From Terriglobia bacterium (GTDB lineage Bacteria > Acidobacteriota > Terriglobia > 2-12-FULL-54-10), in NCBI GenBank assembly GCA_963666975.2, contig CAXVYR010000003.1, positions 352,001 to 416,000 of the forward strand: DNA of 64,000 nucleotides, in the 5' to 3' direction. The notes under the pieces are model-generated. The model saw only the letters and a list, made by a program, of their open reading frames with translations. It was not told where the DNA came from and did no database searches. The position numbers were made by a program, and so were the translations under genes. Positions 31,736-42,302 of the stretch are shown here, in pieces. Position 1 is the first letter of the stretch; every line of letters begins with the position of its first letter.

Positions 31736-31750
31736 CAGGAGGTAATTTCG

Positions 31751-32119
31751 ATGTCGACAAGCAGCCAGAAGAAATTCGATTTTCCAGATTTTGTCGTTTC
31801 CCTTGCGAATTTCCCGGCAGAACAAATGCTGGGCGTAGTAGAGGAAGAGATAAAAAACATTTCCAGCCGCTTCCCGAATGACGCGATGGAGAAATTCAGG
31901 CAGATGTATTACGGGAAGAAGCTAGGACGATTCCGAGTCTTCCTGCAAACGTGCGAACTCCCGGCAGATATGCCCCCGCGCGAACAGGAAGCCTACCAGG
32001 CGATCTCAAGCAAACTGGAGGCCGAGGGGCGGCAAATCAAAAAAGCGGTGAGCGAGGCTCAGCCTGTCTCCGTAGATAGGGAAGTAGCAACGTGGCTGGT
32101 CATGGCAACAAGCGTATGA
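31751..32119 (+). CDS. Hypothetical protein
   Basis: AGGAGGT RBS, 15 bp after the small gene; no recognised motif. Confidence 0.7.
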   Translation: MSTSSQKKFDFPDFVVSLANFPAEQMLGVVEEEIKNISSRFPNDAMEKFRQMYYGKKLGRFRVFLQTCELPADMPPREQEAYQAISSKLEAEGRQIKKAVSEAQPVSVDREVATWLVMATSV

Positions 32120-32193
32120 ACTCGCTAAAGATATGAGATCGAGGAGGCGCTGTTCCATTCGCATGGAACCTGGCAGGTTCGTTTCAGAGACTT

Positions 32194-32757
32194 CTATTGT
32201 TCGAGCGCAGCTTCTACCTGTTGCGCGAATTGGAGCATCGCGAACGGTTTGTAGACGTAAGAGCACCCGCTGCTTTCCAGGAACTTCTTTACCGCATCGC
32301 TCTTGTCGGCAGTCAGAAAAATAATTTGGCGCGAGGCCAGCAAGTCATTCTCCCGGACATGCCGAAAGAGTTGCTCGCCGCTGATTTCCGGCATCTGGAT
32401 ATCACAAATGACGAGATGGAACTTCATTGCGGCGAGTTTCGCGAGGGCTTCCTTGCCGTCGCCCGCCGTTTCAATGTGAACGTTTTCCGCCTCCAGCACT
32501 TTCTCCAGTAGCTGCAGGGTCAAATCATCGTCATCGACCAAAAGGATATTTTTTGTTTCGGCGTCGTCTGCGGACTCCTCCGGGGTAAGCTTCAGGGGCT
32601 CTGCAGCCTTCCAGAGGCTCTGGGCCCTGCAATAGTTGCAGTAGAATGGCTGCGGCTTATCCTCAGCCAATTTTCCAAGCTGTTCGGAAGTCAGGCTGAA
32701 TTGTTTGCGCGTGCCGCAGTTGACACAAGATAGCATCACCTGTTTCAGTTGCAGCAT
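32194..32757 (-). CDS. Response regulator receiver with N-terminal zinc-ribbon-like domain
   Basis: CVNCG..CNYC; ILLVDDD, ICDIQMP..SG, FLTA, KPF. Confidence 0.88.
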   Translation of the reverse strand: MLQLKQVMLSCVNCGTRKQFSLTSEQLGKLAEDKPQPFYCNYCRAQSLWKAAEPLKLTPEESADDAETKNILLVDDDDLTLQLLEKVLEAENVHIETAGDGKEALAKLAAMKFHLVICDIQMPEISGEQLFRHVRENDLLASRQIIFLTADKSDAVKKFLESSGCSYVYKPFAMLQFAQQVEAALEQ

Positions 32758-32943
32758 GGGTAGTCCTCCCGGCAGAGACAACAGTATACAGTATATCCGC
32801 TCAGCATTCCATAGTCCTGACTAGTTTTTCCATAATGATGTTATCGGGAATAGTTCACTTCGGTGATTGACGGAAAGTTTTCTGCGCAAATCTTGTACAG
32901 GACAGGGAGTTCTTCGGGCAGCCAAGACAATTAGGATAGAGGG

Positions 32944-34464
32944 TCACCTCTTCAGGCGAAGGCCCTTCGGGACCAGCACCCGCTCTATCAACTCGAACAG
33001 TCCCTGTACCACAAGGGCCAGCGCTGCCGCGGGCACGGCGCCCTCAAGGATCAGCCCGATATCGTCCCGCCGGATGCCGGTCAGAATCGGCTGGCCGTAA
33101 CCGCCCGCCCCGATCAGCGCGCCGAGCGTGGCGGTCCCCACGTTGATTACCGCTGATATCTTAATCCCTGCCAGGATCGCGCGGGAGGCCATCGGCAGAT
33201 CCACCAAACGAAGGGTCGCGCCCGACGGCAGCCCCAGCGCTGCCGCTGATTCCCGGATGCCGGGCGGAATATCGTGCAGCCCCGTGTATGTGTTCCGCAC
33301 GATTGGAAGCAGGCTGTAAAGGAACACCGCCATAATGGCCGGCGGCTCGCCGATGCCGAGCAGCGGAATCATAAACACAAGCAATGCCAGGGAGGGAATC
33401 GTCTGGATGACACCCGTCGTTCCCAGGATCACCTGCCCGATCCGCGGCTGCCGTGCCGACAGAATGCCCAGCGGCACCGCAATCAGGATTGCCGCCATCA
33501 GTGAGATCGACACCAAATACAGGTGGGCACGGGTGTTTCGCAGAAGGCGCCCGACAGCGCTTTCTACTTCCACCTGGGGGTCGTCGATGATCTGCTTCGC
33601 AACCAGGAAATCGGCGGAGACGACGCTTTCCTCCATTCCATCCAGCTTGGCGCGCGAATTCATCGCCACCATTTCCGCCTCGGAGATGAGCCCCTCCATC
33701 TGTAACAGAGTTGCCACGACTTCCGGAGCGCGTGCGGCCAAATCATCCCGGTAGAGCAGCACCGCATGATATGTGGGGAAAACGCCGAGGTCGTCCTCGA
33801 GGGTTCGCAGGTTGTAGTACTGAATCTCGGCGTCTGTGGAATAGAGGTCCATTGCATGAATCGAGCCGTCTTCCAGACCTCTGTAGGCCAGGTCGTGATT
33901 CAGTCCGCGCACGTCCTGCTGCGGCAGGTTGTAGCGTGCTCGGAGCATTGGCCAGCCGTCGCCGCGGTCCATGAACTCGTTGTTGAAGCCGAATTTCAGA
34001 TCCGGGTGGCGACGCAGGTCGGAGATGGTCCGGATTCCCAGCCGTTCGGCGACCTCCTCTTTCATGCCGATGACGTAGGTATTGTTGAAGCCCAGGATTT
34101 GGCTCATCCGGATGCCACGCTCCGCCAGCGCCTGCCGAATGGCCTCCTCTCCGCTCACGCCGCTGCCTGCCAGGATTTCCTGGCTGAGCGTGCCGGTGTA
34201 TTCCGGATAAACGTCAATATCGCCCCGCAGCAGCGCGCTCCAAAGCACCTGAGTGCCGCCCAGCTCGCTCCGATGCAGCGTCCGTGCTCCCGCGCTCTGC
34301 GCCAGATGAACAGCCATCTCTCCCAGGATCACCGATTCTGTAAATATCTTCGAGCCGAATGTGATTTCCCTTTCCGCAGAGGCCTGCTGGGCAAACCCGG
34401 CGACGGGCGATAGCAACGTCACCGCTGCTGCCAACAAGGCTGGAAGTATATGAAGTGCCCTCAT
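32944..34464 (-). CDS. Glycine betaine/osmoprotectant ABC transporter, fused substrate-binding and permease
   Basis: GSKIFTES.ILGE, YPEYTGT, GFNNTY; QTIPSLAL, LLPIVRNT, IGAGGYG. Confidence 0.92.
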   Translation of the reverse strand: MRALHILPALLAAAVTLLSPVAGFAQQASAEREITFGSKIFTESVILGEMAVHLAQSAGARTLHRSELGGTQVLWSALLRGDIDVYPEYTGTLSQEILAGSGVSGEEAIRQALAERGIRMSQILGFNNTYVIGMKEEVAERLGIRTISDLRRHPDLKFGFNNEFMDRGDGWPMLRARYNLPQQDVRGLNHDLAYRGLEDGSIHAMDLYSTDAEIQYYNLRTLEDDLGVFPTYHAVLLYRDDLAARAPEVVATLLQMEGLISEAEMVAMNSRAKLDGMEESVVSADFLVAKQIIDDPQVEVESAVGRLLRNTRAHLYLVSISLMAAILIAVPLGILSARQPRIGQVILGTTGVIQTIPSLALLVFMIPLLGIGEPPAIMAVFLYSLLPIVRNTYTGLHDIPPGIRESAAALGLPSGATLRLVDLPMASRAILAGIKISAVINVGTATLGALIGAGGYGQPILTGIRRDDIGLILEGAVPAAALALVVQGLFELIERVLVPKGLRLKR

Positions 34465-35213
34465 ACGGAATCTCCCCGCAAAGACTCCAGCGGACTGCGC
34501 TGTGCGTTGATGAACTGCTGGACGAACGGGGTGGCGGGCGACTGGACCATCTCCTTCAGGGTGCCTTGCTGGACGATTTGGCCGTCGCGCAGCAGCACGA
34601 TGGTGTCGCCGAAAAATCCAGCCTCGCCCATGTCGTGGGTCACCATCACCACCGTCTTGCCCAGCGTCTGGAAAATCTTCCGGAGGTCGGCTTGCAATTC
34701 GGAGCGAATCATGGGGTCCAGCGCGCCCAGCGGTTCGTCCAGCAAGAGCACGTCCGGGTCCAGCATCAGAGCACGCATCAGGGCCACGCGTTGTCTCTGG
34801 CCGCCGGAGAGCTGCACGGGGTAGCGGTCCAAACCCTCGCGGGGAAACTGCGTCAGCGAGGCAAGCTCGGCCAGGCGCGATTCGACCCTTTCCTGGCTCC
34901 AGCCAAGATAGCGAGCCATGAGGGAGACGTTGCCTCGGGCGTTGAGGTGAGGGAACAGGCCGCCGTCCTGGATCACATATCCCATGCGCCGCCGCAGGAG
35001 CAGGGCATTGGTGGGCGTGACCTCGGTGCCCTCGAAACGAACCGTCCCGCTATCGGGCCATATGAGACCCATCATCGTCCGTATCAGAGTGGACTTCCCG
35101 CAGCCGCTCGGGCCGATCAGCACCGTGGTCCGGCCCTGATCGACCGTCATGTCGATAGGCTGCAAGACTTGCGTTCCGTCGTAGGTTTTGGAGACAGCGG
35201 TTAATTCCAGCAT
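34461..35213 (-). CDS. Osmoprotectant ABC transporter ATP-binding protein
   Basis: GPSGCGKS, GYVIQDGGLFPH, LSGGQRQR, LLDEP. Confidence 0.95.
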   Translation of the reverse strand: MLELTAVSKTYDGTQVLQPIDMTVDQGRTTVLIGPSGCGKSTLIRTMMGLIWPDSGTVRFEGTEVTPTNALLLRRRMGYVIQDGGLFPHLNARGNVSLMARYLGWSQERVESRLAELASLTQFPREGLDRYPVQLSGGQRQRVALMRALMLDPDVLLLDEPLGALDPMIRSELQADLRKIFQTLGKTVVMVTHDMGEAGFFGDTIVLLRDGQIVQQGTLKEMVQSPATPFVQQFINAQRSPLESLRGDSV

Positions 35214-35224
35214 TGTTTGCTCTC

Positions 35225-35383
35225 TATACCGTTTTCACAAATGGTGTAGACTCGCACGGTCCGAAATCAGAGCCGCGACTGTAAAGGAGCGACCACGAAA
35301 CGTTGGTTAGCCGATCATCGCTGGATGGCCGCTCCATAACTGTCGCGGCTCTGACGGTCTACACCATTTGTGAAAACGGTATA
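35225..35383. mobile_element. 159-bp MITE-like element with perfect 27-bp terminal IRs enclosing an inverted REP-like pair
   Basis: TATACCGTTTTCACAAATGGTGTAGAC ... GTCTACACCATTTGTGAAAACGGTATA; internal TCAGAGCCGCGACTGTAAAGGAGCG and its inverse. Confidence 0.85.
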
Positions 35384-35462
35384 ACGTCGCCCATCAGCCG
35401 CGCATTTGGAGCGAAGCCAAAGGCGTAGTGGACAATGGGTCGGCTGCATGGGCATGTTATAT
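35379..35462 (-). mobile_element. attC site downstream of DHFR-family gene
   Basis: Minus strand: R'' ATATAAC, ATGCCC, L'' ATGCAGCCGAC ... L' GCGGCTGAT, GGGCGAC, R' GTTATAC. Confidence 0.8.
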
Positions 35463-35468
35463 GGCATT

Positions 35469-36053
35469 TTAATTGATACGCCTATAGATGCTCATAAACG
35501 CGCCACAGGGGCAATTAACAGCCTTAATTAGCTTCAGTTTTGTCGGAACAGTCCCTTGACTAAAAAGGCGTTTTCCAGTGCCAACAACGACGGGAAACGT
35601 CCAAAGCCGGAATTCATCAATCAGCCCTTGAGATAGCAGGGTCTGGATCAGTTGCCAACTGCCATGAACTTGTAGTAGCGGACCGTCTTGTCCCTTGAGC
35701 CGAGAGATCTCTGCTGCAATGTTCCCTGATATTCGTTGAGAGTTTTGCCATTTAAGGTTCTTTGAACTGGACGTCACAACGAATTTTGTAGCAGCGTTGA
35801 GTTTTTCGGCGACCGGATTGTTGACGCTGGAACTGGCAAAACCTGCTTCAAATACATCGTAAGTCGTTCGTCCGAGAAGGAGGTCGTAAGGAGCGGACAT
35901 CGCCTCACGCATTACCTGTTCCATCACCTCGTCCCAGCACTCTCGCGCCCAGCCTCCGTGCATAAATCCGCCCGAAGAATCTTCGCCTGGATCACTTGGC
36001 GCTTGCATCACGCCGTCAAGGGTAAGAAAAGTCAAGATAGCGAGATTTCTCAC
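35469..36053 (-). CDS. Dihydrofolate reductase family (RibD C-terminal domain) protein; cassette-borne
   Basis: FLTLDGVMQAP, LLLGRTTY, QVHGS..LIQTL, IDEFRL..FPVVVGTGKRLF; lower GC than neighbours. Confidence 0.9.
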   Translation of the reverse strand: MRNLAILTFLTLDGVMQAPSDPGEDSSGGFMHGGWARECWDEVMEQVMREAMSAPYDLLLGRTTYDVFEAGFASSSVNNPVAEKLNAATKFVVTSSSKNLKWQNSQRISGNIAAEISRLKGQDGPLLQVHGSWQLIQTLLSQGLIDEFRLWTFPVVVGTGKRLFSQGTVPTKLKLIKAVNCPCGAFMSIYRRIN

Positions 36054-36589
36054 AACATTCTCCTTCTTTCTATCAAACTTAATGCTTGGTCACAGCCTTG
36101 CCATATAAATCTTGTTTAGGCTGACCTGGATAAAACCCTTCCGGTCGGCCTAACGCGAAAACGCTATTGCCTCGTCCCGGCAGTAAACGCCTGCTGTGTA
36201 ACGACTTCCACTGCATGCGGCAATTTGCCTCCGGAATGTTATGCGAACGCCTCGGTCCACAAAATCCTCCGGCTCTCGACCGAGACCCCTTTTTGCAGTC
36301 GGTCAAGAGGACTGTGCACCCCTCGCCCATCGCGGTTCAAAGCGCGAGTATATACCGTCGAGGTATCACCACCAACTCCCAAAGGCACATTCTTAAATTG
36401 CGTGCCAGGTGTCCGATAGATCGTGAGTAATGTTGTTGTGTTTACCGATCCGGCGGTCTGACCATTTCTAAACAGTAGGCCAAGTTTCAAGGGCGGTCTC
36501 CCGGTTAGCCGACTAACCAACCACTAGAGTTCAGCTCAGATGTAGAGAACGCCGGCGGTCCACAAACCCGCTCCTTGACAGTCGCGGCC

Positions 36590-37221
36590 GGATTCGGACT
36601 GAAAGGGCAATCGAAAGCCGACCAGGAGCAAGCGGGTGGGTGGCTTCTTTGACTGGCGAGTCCTATACACCTTTTGTATCTATCAGCCGCATATGCCGGG
36701 GGTCAAGAACTCAGGGACAGAAAACCAGTTTCACACCCAGTCCAAGGCTGTGATGTAGATTCTTACTGCGGGTGGGTTGGCGCTACTTGCTTGGTCCGTG
36801 CAGTCCCACGCTGCTTGTCTCTGAATGGCGCAACGAGCTACTTCCGTAGATCGAGTTCCACCGCGTCGCAGTAGCCGCTCCATATCACCGCACGGATCTT
36901 GTTTAGGCTGATCAACCACCTGGATAAAACCCTTGCAGGAAGTGCCATTCGGTCGGATGACCTCCCTAGACGTCGTGGCCAGGCGTGTCGAAAACGCTAT
37001 TGAACTGTATTTCGTCCCGGCAGTAAACGTTGCCTGCAGCCCTTCCGGGTTGTGTAACGACTTCCACTGCTTCACCCAAATGTCGCGCAATTTCGCCTCC
37101 GGAATGTTATCTCCGAACGCCTCGCGTTGGCCACAAAATCCTCCCGGTTCCGATCAGCCTCTGCCGACCGAGACTGGTTTCCTTTTTGCAGGTCGGTCAT
37201 CCGCGAGGACTGTGCACCCCG
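36590..37221. other. Scrambled duplicate sequence, probable assembly/consensus artefact
   Basis: 36590-36780 is a deletion-riddled copy of 38627-38845; 36880-37220 interleaves 36101-36321 with pieces of ~38920-39300. Confidence 0.75.
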
Positions 37222-38626
37222 GAAGGTGTCCCAAACTCAGTTGCAGGTTCGACGGCGGGTTGAGTTCATATTACACTTTCTCCTTGAGGAAGCAGCGTTT
37301 GGACTTCGGCCGAGAATCGAGTGCCAAAGCCCAGAGATCGTGTATAACCCATGATCTTCCGGAAATTCTTCCCAGCAGAAACGCTCCTGCCACCCAGCGC
37401 AACGTCATCTCGCCGTCGCGCCAGCGGCAAACATTGCCAGTCTTTTTCCGCACGCCCGACTGCGGGCTCTCGATGAGGTTCGTGGTTGCCAGGCAGCGGT
37501 GGAGGCTGGGAGGAACGTCGGCTCGATTGATCGTAAAGGTCTCCTCCAACCCTTCGCGCAAGCTGGCGGCTTAAATGCCGGATGATCGCACTCGATCATC
37601 CCAGCGAGCTTCTTTATGCAGGTGTCTTGGGGCAATCGCGTGGCGGCGCGCATCAACCGCACCTGATTCGCCAGCATTGTGTCGCCCTTTGGTAACCGCT
37701 CAGCCACGTTGCGCAGCTTATGGTACGGCAACGCTGCACCAGCTGATTGCTGCCGAATACTTCCTCGATCCCCGCGCGGAGCGCTTTGGCGCCGTCGATC
37801 ACAAACAGATAGCGCTGATCCGTGCGGACCTTCTGGCGCAGGCGGGTGAGAAGGTCTTTCACCGCAGCGGCGTTTTCGGTCGCGCCCAGTTGAATCCCCA
37901 GCACATGCTTGCGGCCCTCGCTGTCCACGCCCACGGCGCTGATGACGTGGTGGGAGCCGAACCGCATTCCGCCAGGTAAATCACCAGAAGACCTCCTCCC
38001 AGCGCCGCGCCAACAGTTCTTCCAGCCGCCGGCTCCTTGCTCGGCCGCTTCCCGGTGAGACTTCGACACCCCAGCGCTGTTGGCCATCTCCGGGATCACC
38101 TCGCGGTAGTTCCGCGTCGAAACCCCTCAACAGTGCCTCGAACATCTCCTCGCCCGTCTTCTCGCTTTTCCGCAGCGCTTCGTAGGCCGGCACCGCTTCT
38201 TCCCCTCCGCCCTTCCGGCGCAGCCGGGGCCGCTCCACCCGCAGCTGGCGATCGGCCAGTTTCACCCTCCCCAATTGCCGGCCATGCCAGCGCACCTCTC
38301 CGCTCGCCTTCCCGGGACTCTTTGGCCCCGCGATTTGTCTGCGCTCATGCTCAGAATCGTTTCAATCAAACCTCGCCCGGCCCGATCAATCACCTCATCC
38401 ACCGCCAGACGCGCCTCCGTGATCAGATCCACCACCGGCAACAGCATCTGTCCGTTGGTTTGGCAAAACTTCTGGATGGTTTCTTCGGCTCCCTTGGAAC
38501 CCAGTTCCAAAACGTGATATTTTCCCTTCATTCGGCGGTTCTCCTTCTATAGGATTTAGGCTTGGCCCGATTCTATTCGATTCGGGCCGAACCGCCGTTC
38601 AACCTTCAACTAGTCGGGACACCCTC
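37222..38626 (-). mobile_element. Second IS256 copy, inverted, with many small indels
   Basis: Near-identical to 29264-30712 including both IRs; transposase broken into several frames. Confidence 0.92.
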
Positions 38627-38890
38627 GGATTCGGACTGAAAGGGGAATCGAAAGCCGAGCCAGGAGTGCAAGCGGGTGGGTGGCTTCTTTGACTGGCGAG
38701 TCCTATACACCTTTTGTGAAACCGCTGTAGCAGGCGCTGGCTATCAGCCGCATATGCCGGGGGTCAAGAGCCTATCTCAGGGACAGAAAACCAGTTTCAC
38801 AGTCCCAGTCCAAGGCTGTGATGTAGATTCTTACTGCGGGTGGCACAAAAAATTGGTCTGGTCAATCCGGGCTAAAAGCTACTTCCTTAG

Positions 38891-41323
38891 TTACACGCGT
38901 GCAGTCTGGAGCGCTGCCAGCACGCGCTTGTCTCTGAATGGAACCCGACGGATACGAACGCCGGTCGCGTCGTAGATCGCGTTGGCAACCGCCGCAACCA
39001 TCGGTTTGCATGCCGCCTCGCCCGCTCCATAGGCAGGAAGATCGGGCCGATTCGGATTGGGATCTCCGTTCACCAGCAAGACGTCAATTCTGGCCGGCGT
39101 GTCGGTGTGCTTGAGGGTGGGATGTGAGATCCAATCCACGCTGGTCACCTTCTCGGTGTCGAACTGTACTTCCTCGTGGAGCGCACGGCTCAGGCCGTAG
39201 AGCAGGTTGCCCTCGACGGTGCGGCGCAGCCCTTCCGGGTTGATGACCAATCCGCAGTCGTGCGCGCAGACGAGCCGCTTCACCCAAACGTGGCCGGTTT
39301 CGCGATTCACCTCGACCTCAGCGATCTCCACGACGAGCGTTTGGCTGCGGTAGCAGTACGAGATACCGCGCCCGGTGAGAATGGTTCCCGCGCCGAGCGG
39401 TTTCGGCGATGGACGGGTGTCCCAACCATAAGCCGCTGCTGCCGCCTTGAGGGCGGCGATGGAGCGGGCCCGCTTGTACTGGTTGTCGTCGTCGGTGCTG
39501 GCGGTGAGGAGCCGCAAGCGGAACTCGACCGGGTCGGCGTTCGCCGCCGCCGCCAGCTCATCGATGAACGATTCGCCGGCGAAGGTGATTTGCGGGCCAT
39601 TGGGATCCCGCAAGTTCCCGAGGCGAAGCGGCGTCTCCCAAACGAGGGGCAGTGCCACGACCTCGGTGGTCCGGCGCCGGTGTGGGATGGCGTACATCTC
39701 CGAAGGCGGGGACGCGCCACCGCTGGCAGGCGCGGAGGGCCGCCTTCCCATGAGCTGCGCGATCAGCACGGTATCGGGATCGTTATAACCAATGTGATTA
39801 TAGTCCGCGGTTCGGGCCTTGTATTCCAATGCGATGAGGTTGCCCTGGGCATCCAGCCCTCCGCGCAACTGGAAGGTAAATGCCGGGCCCTTGGTATCCC
39901 AAGCCGTCTCCTCATGCCTCATCCACTGCATGCGAACCGGCCGGCCAAGTTCTTTGGCCAGGAAGGCGGCCTCGAAGCCCGCGTCATCGGCGGCCGTGCG
40001 GCCGTAGAGTTGGGGTCCGTCCTGCCAGATGACGCGCACATGGTCGCGCGGCATCCCAAGAAAATCAGCGACGCCTATTCGCAGACCATAGGCTTTCATG
40101 TCATTGGACCAAATCGTCATCTGACCGTTCGACGGATCGGCCATGGCATGGGCCGGACCGATGGCCGTGTGCCCCTGGAACGGGAAATCGTATTCGGCTT
40201 CGATGACCTTCGCCGCGCCCGCCAGCGCCGCGTCGGGGTCCCCCATCACGTCCGGATCACCGCTTCGGGAGCGTGTGACGGAGGTGGGCGTGGCGTCGCG
40301 CATGTACTTGTACAGGTCCTCCGATGTCGGGAAGGACTGTGTCGCCGGTTTCTCCCACTCGACCTTGAGCTGTCTGGACGCCTTGATCGCCTGCTCTTCC
40401 CGCTCGCATACAACCGCGACGTAGTTGCCACTGCTCACCACCTTGACGAATCCGGGGATGCCTCGGACGGAAGACTCGTCTATGCTGATCAGCTTGGCGC
40501 CAGCCGCCGGCGGCCTCACGTTACGCGCATGAACCATGCCGGGAACCTTGGCGTCCACGGCCCATTTCAAGGAACCGTCCACCTTGGGAGGGATGTCATA
40601 GCGCTGATGCGGCTGGCCGACGATCTTGAGGTCCCCTACCGCCTTCACCTTTGCCACACCGGCGGTAGCATTGATGTTGTTACCCGTCAGCGTGACATTG
40701 AACCGGCTTCCGCCGATCAGTTCTCCGTAGGCGACTTTCTTGGAAGGATCTGCTTGGACGGTGATCACGCCCTCGCTGACGGCGAGTTGATCGACGGGCG
40801 CCCCAAGCCGCGCGGATGCCATCTCCAGCAGGACTCGCCGGGCCTCAGCAGCCACGCGCCGCATGGCCTGGCCATCCCTCTCGATACCATCAGAACCGCC
40901 CGATCCACCCTGATCCACGGTGATATCGGTGCGGCCCATGATGAGGTCGGTTTTGTTGAATGCGATGTCCAGTTCATCGGCCATCATCTGCCGGAAGGCC
41001 GTTCCGGTGCCCTGGCCGCCGTCCGTCTTCCCGACGTAGAAGGTCGCCGTACTGTCTTCATGAATGACGATCCACGAATCAATTTGTCTAAAGTCGGGGT
41101 CGGGATACGGACCCGCAGCCTGGGCCGCCGTGGCGGCTTGGGCGCTTGACGCAGGGCTAAGCAGACTGGCGTTGGCCATCGCCGCGGCGCTGAGGCTTAC
41201 GACGAGCAGGCCCGAGCCCTTGAGGAAGTCCCGGCGGGAGGTGCTCCCGTTCCTTTTCTGCATCTTCTGCATCTTCTCCATCACTTCTTCGACCTGTTTC
41301 GGAATCTTTGTGAAGACTGTCAT
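38891..41323 (-). CDS. Xanthine dehydrogenase/isoquinoline 1-oxidoreductase family molybdopterin-binding subunit, Tat-exported
   Basis: SRRDFLK signal, GQGTGTA..QM.ADELD, LGRPVRMQWMR, AHDCGLVINP, GAGEAA, NAIYDATGVRIR. Confidence 0.93.
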   Translation of the reverse strand: MTVFTKIPKQVEEVMEKMQKMQKRNGSTSRRDFLKGSGLLVVSLSAAAMANASLLSPASSAQAATAAQAAGPYPDPDFRQIDSWIVIHEDSTATFYVGKTDGGQGTGTAFRQMMADELDIAFNKTDLIMGRTDITVDQGGSGGSDGIERDGQAMRRVAAEARRVLLEMASARLGAPVDQLAVSEGVITVQADPSKKVAYGELIGGSRFNVTLTGNNINATAGVAKVKAVGDLKIVGQPHQRYDIPPKVDGSLKWAVDAKVPGMVHARNVRPPAAGAKLISIDESSVRGIPGFVKVVSSGNYVAVVCEREEQAIKASRQLKVEWEKPATQSFPTSEDLYKYMRDATPTSVTRSRSGDPDVMGDPDAALAGAAKVIEAEYDFPFQGHTAIGPAHAMADPSNGQMTIWSNDMKAYGLRIGVADFLGMPRDHVRVIWQDGPQLYGRTAADDAGFEAAFLAKELGRPVRMQWMRHEETAWDTKGPAFTFQLRGGLDAQGNLIALEYKARTADYNHIGYNDPDTVLIAQLMGRRPSAPASGGASPPSEMYAIPHRRRTTEVVALPLVWETPLRLGNLRDPNGPQITFAGESFIDELAAAANADPVEFRLRLLTASTDDDNQYKRARSIAALKAAAAAYGWDTRPSPKPLGAGTILTGRGISYCYRSQTLVVEIAEVEVNRETGHVWVKRLVCAHDCGLVINPEGLRRTVEGNLLYGLSRALHEEVQFDTEKVTSVDWISHPTLKHTDTPARIDVLLVNGDPNPNRPDLPAYGAGEAACKPMVAAVANAIYDATGVRIRRVPFRDKRVLAALQTARV

Positions 41324-41820
41324 CCCACTACCTCCTTGCCCGAAGCCGATCGGGAAGCCGCTATTACGTTCGCGGCGCGCTTGATGGCGGCCTGGATGCG
41401 GTAATACGTCATGCAGCGGCACAGAGTCCCAGCCATCCCCTCCCGGATCTCCGCATCGGTCGGGTCCGGATTCCGGTCCAGCAGCGCCTTGGTAGTCATG
41501 ATCTGCCCGTTCTGGCAGAAGCCGCACTGCGGGACCTGCTCGTCAATCCAGGCCTGCTGTACGGGATGCAGCTTGCCGTCTTGGGCTAGTCCTTCGAGCG
41601 TGGTGATCTCGGAGCCTTGCACGGTGGAAGTCGGCGTGATGCACGACCGAACCGCCGCGCCCTTTATGATCACCGTGCACGCTCCGCACTGCCCCAGTCC
41701 GCAACCAAACCGCGGACCTTGCAAGTCGAGATCATTGCGCAGGATATAGAGCAGCGGAGTCGAAGGGTCGATATCCAAGGTGTGCGTTCTGCCGTTCACC
41801 TGCAATGTGATGTTGCTCAT
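41320..41820 (-). CDS. (2Fe-2S)-binding subunit of the molybdoenzyme
   Basis: FGCGLGQCGACTV, QCGFCQNGQ, LCRC. Confidence 0.95.
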   Translation of the reverse strand: MSNITLQVNGRTHTLDIDPSTPLLYILRNDLDLQGPRFGCGLGQCGACTVIIKGAAVRSCITPTSTVQGSEITTLEGLAQDGKLHPVQQAWIDEQVPQCGFCQNGQIMTTKALLDRNPDPTDAEIREGMAGTLCRCMTYYRIQAAIKRAANVIAASRSASGKEVVG

Positions 41821-42203
41821 TCTCCATTCTCCTTACGAATTGGGTGGCGGGTCGAGTGACAGGGATGATTTCACCCGGCGCCTGAAACTTGACTGTCGGG
41901 CGAATTGCGCACGAAATCGAAACGAGGCCACCCGCATCACTCTCTATCTGTCTCCATCTGTTCCTGTAGGGTAACGTTAATCGATCTGGTCATTGATATT
42001 GGTCACCCAAAAGAGCGGATGACCGACATAACTACTTGATGATAAACTGGGATTTTCATTTTACGCTTCCCCTTAACCAAAAAATCTATGCCTCCTGTCC
42101 TGCCGAGTCAAGCGCAAATCGTCCGGGCTCCGCCTCTTTGCGGTAGTAGTGCGGCTCGTTTCGTCAGTGCTTCCTCAATCCAGTGTTGTAGGCCGCCGGT
42201 GAG

Positions 42204-42302
42204 CTATTGAACATTTCATAATATAGTGACATTTCCACAGGCTACACTACAGAAGGCCGCCCAGCGAATCTAAGTGTCACTATATTATGTAAACCTCAAT
42301 AG
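42204..42302. repeat. 99-bp miniature element with 28-bp imperfect terminal IRs
   Basis: CTATTGAACATTTCATAATATAGTGACA ... TGTCACTATATTATGTAAACCTCAATAG. Confidence 0.75.

Noticed and set aside
36079-36520. Intact gene upstream of the DHFR-family cassette
   Set aside because: Only frameshifted GNAT-like hints, inside a region of poor consensus quality
29264-38626. Composite transposon formed by two inverted IS256 copies
   Set aside because: The first copy has its own 8-bp target duplication on both sides, and the outer flanks do not match each other, so these are independent insertions
39176-41149. 657-aa ORF on the + strand
   Set aside because: Antisense shadow of the molybdopterin subunit in high-GC DNA; no motifs
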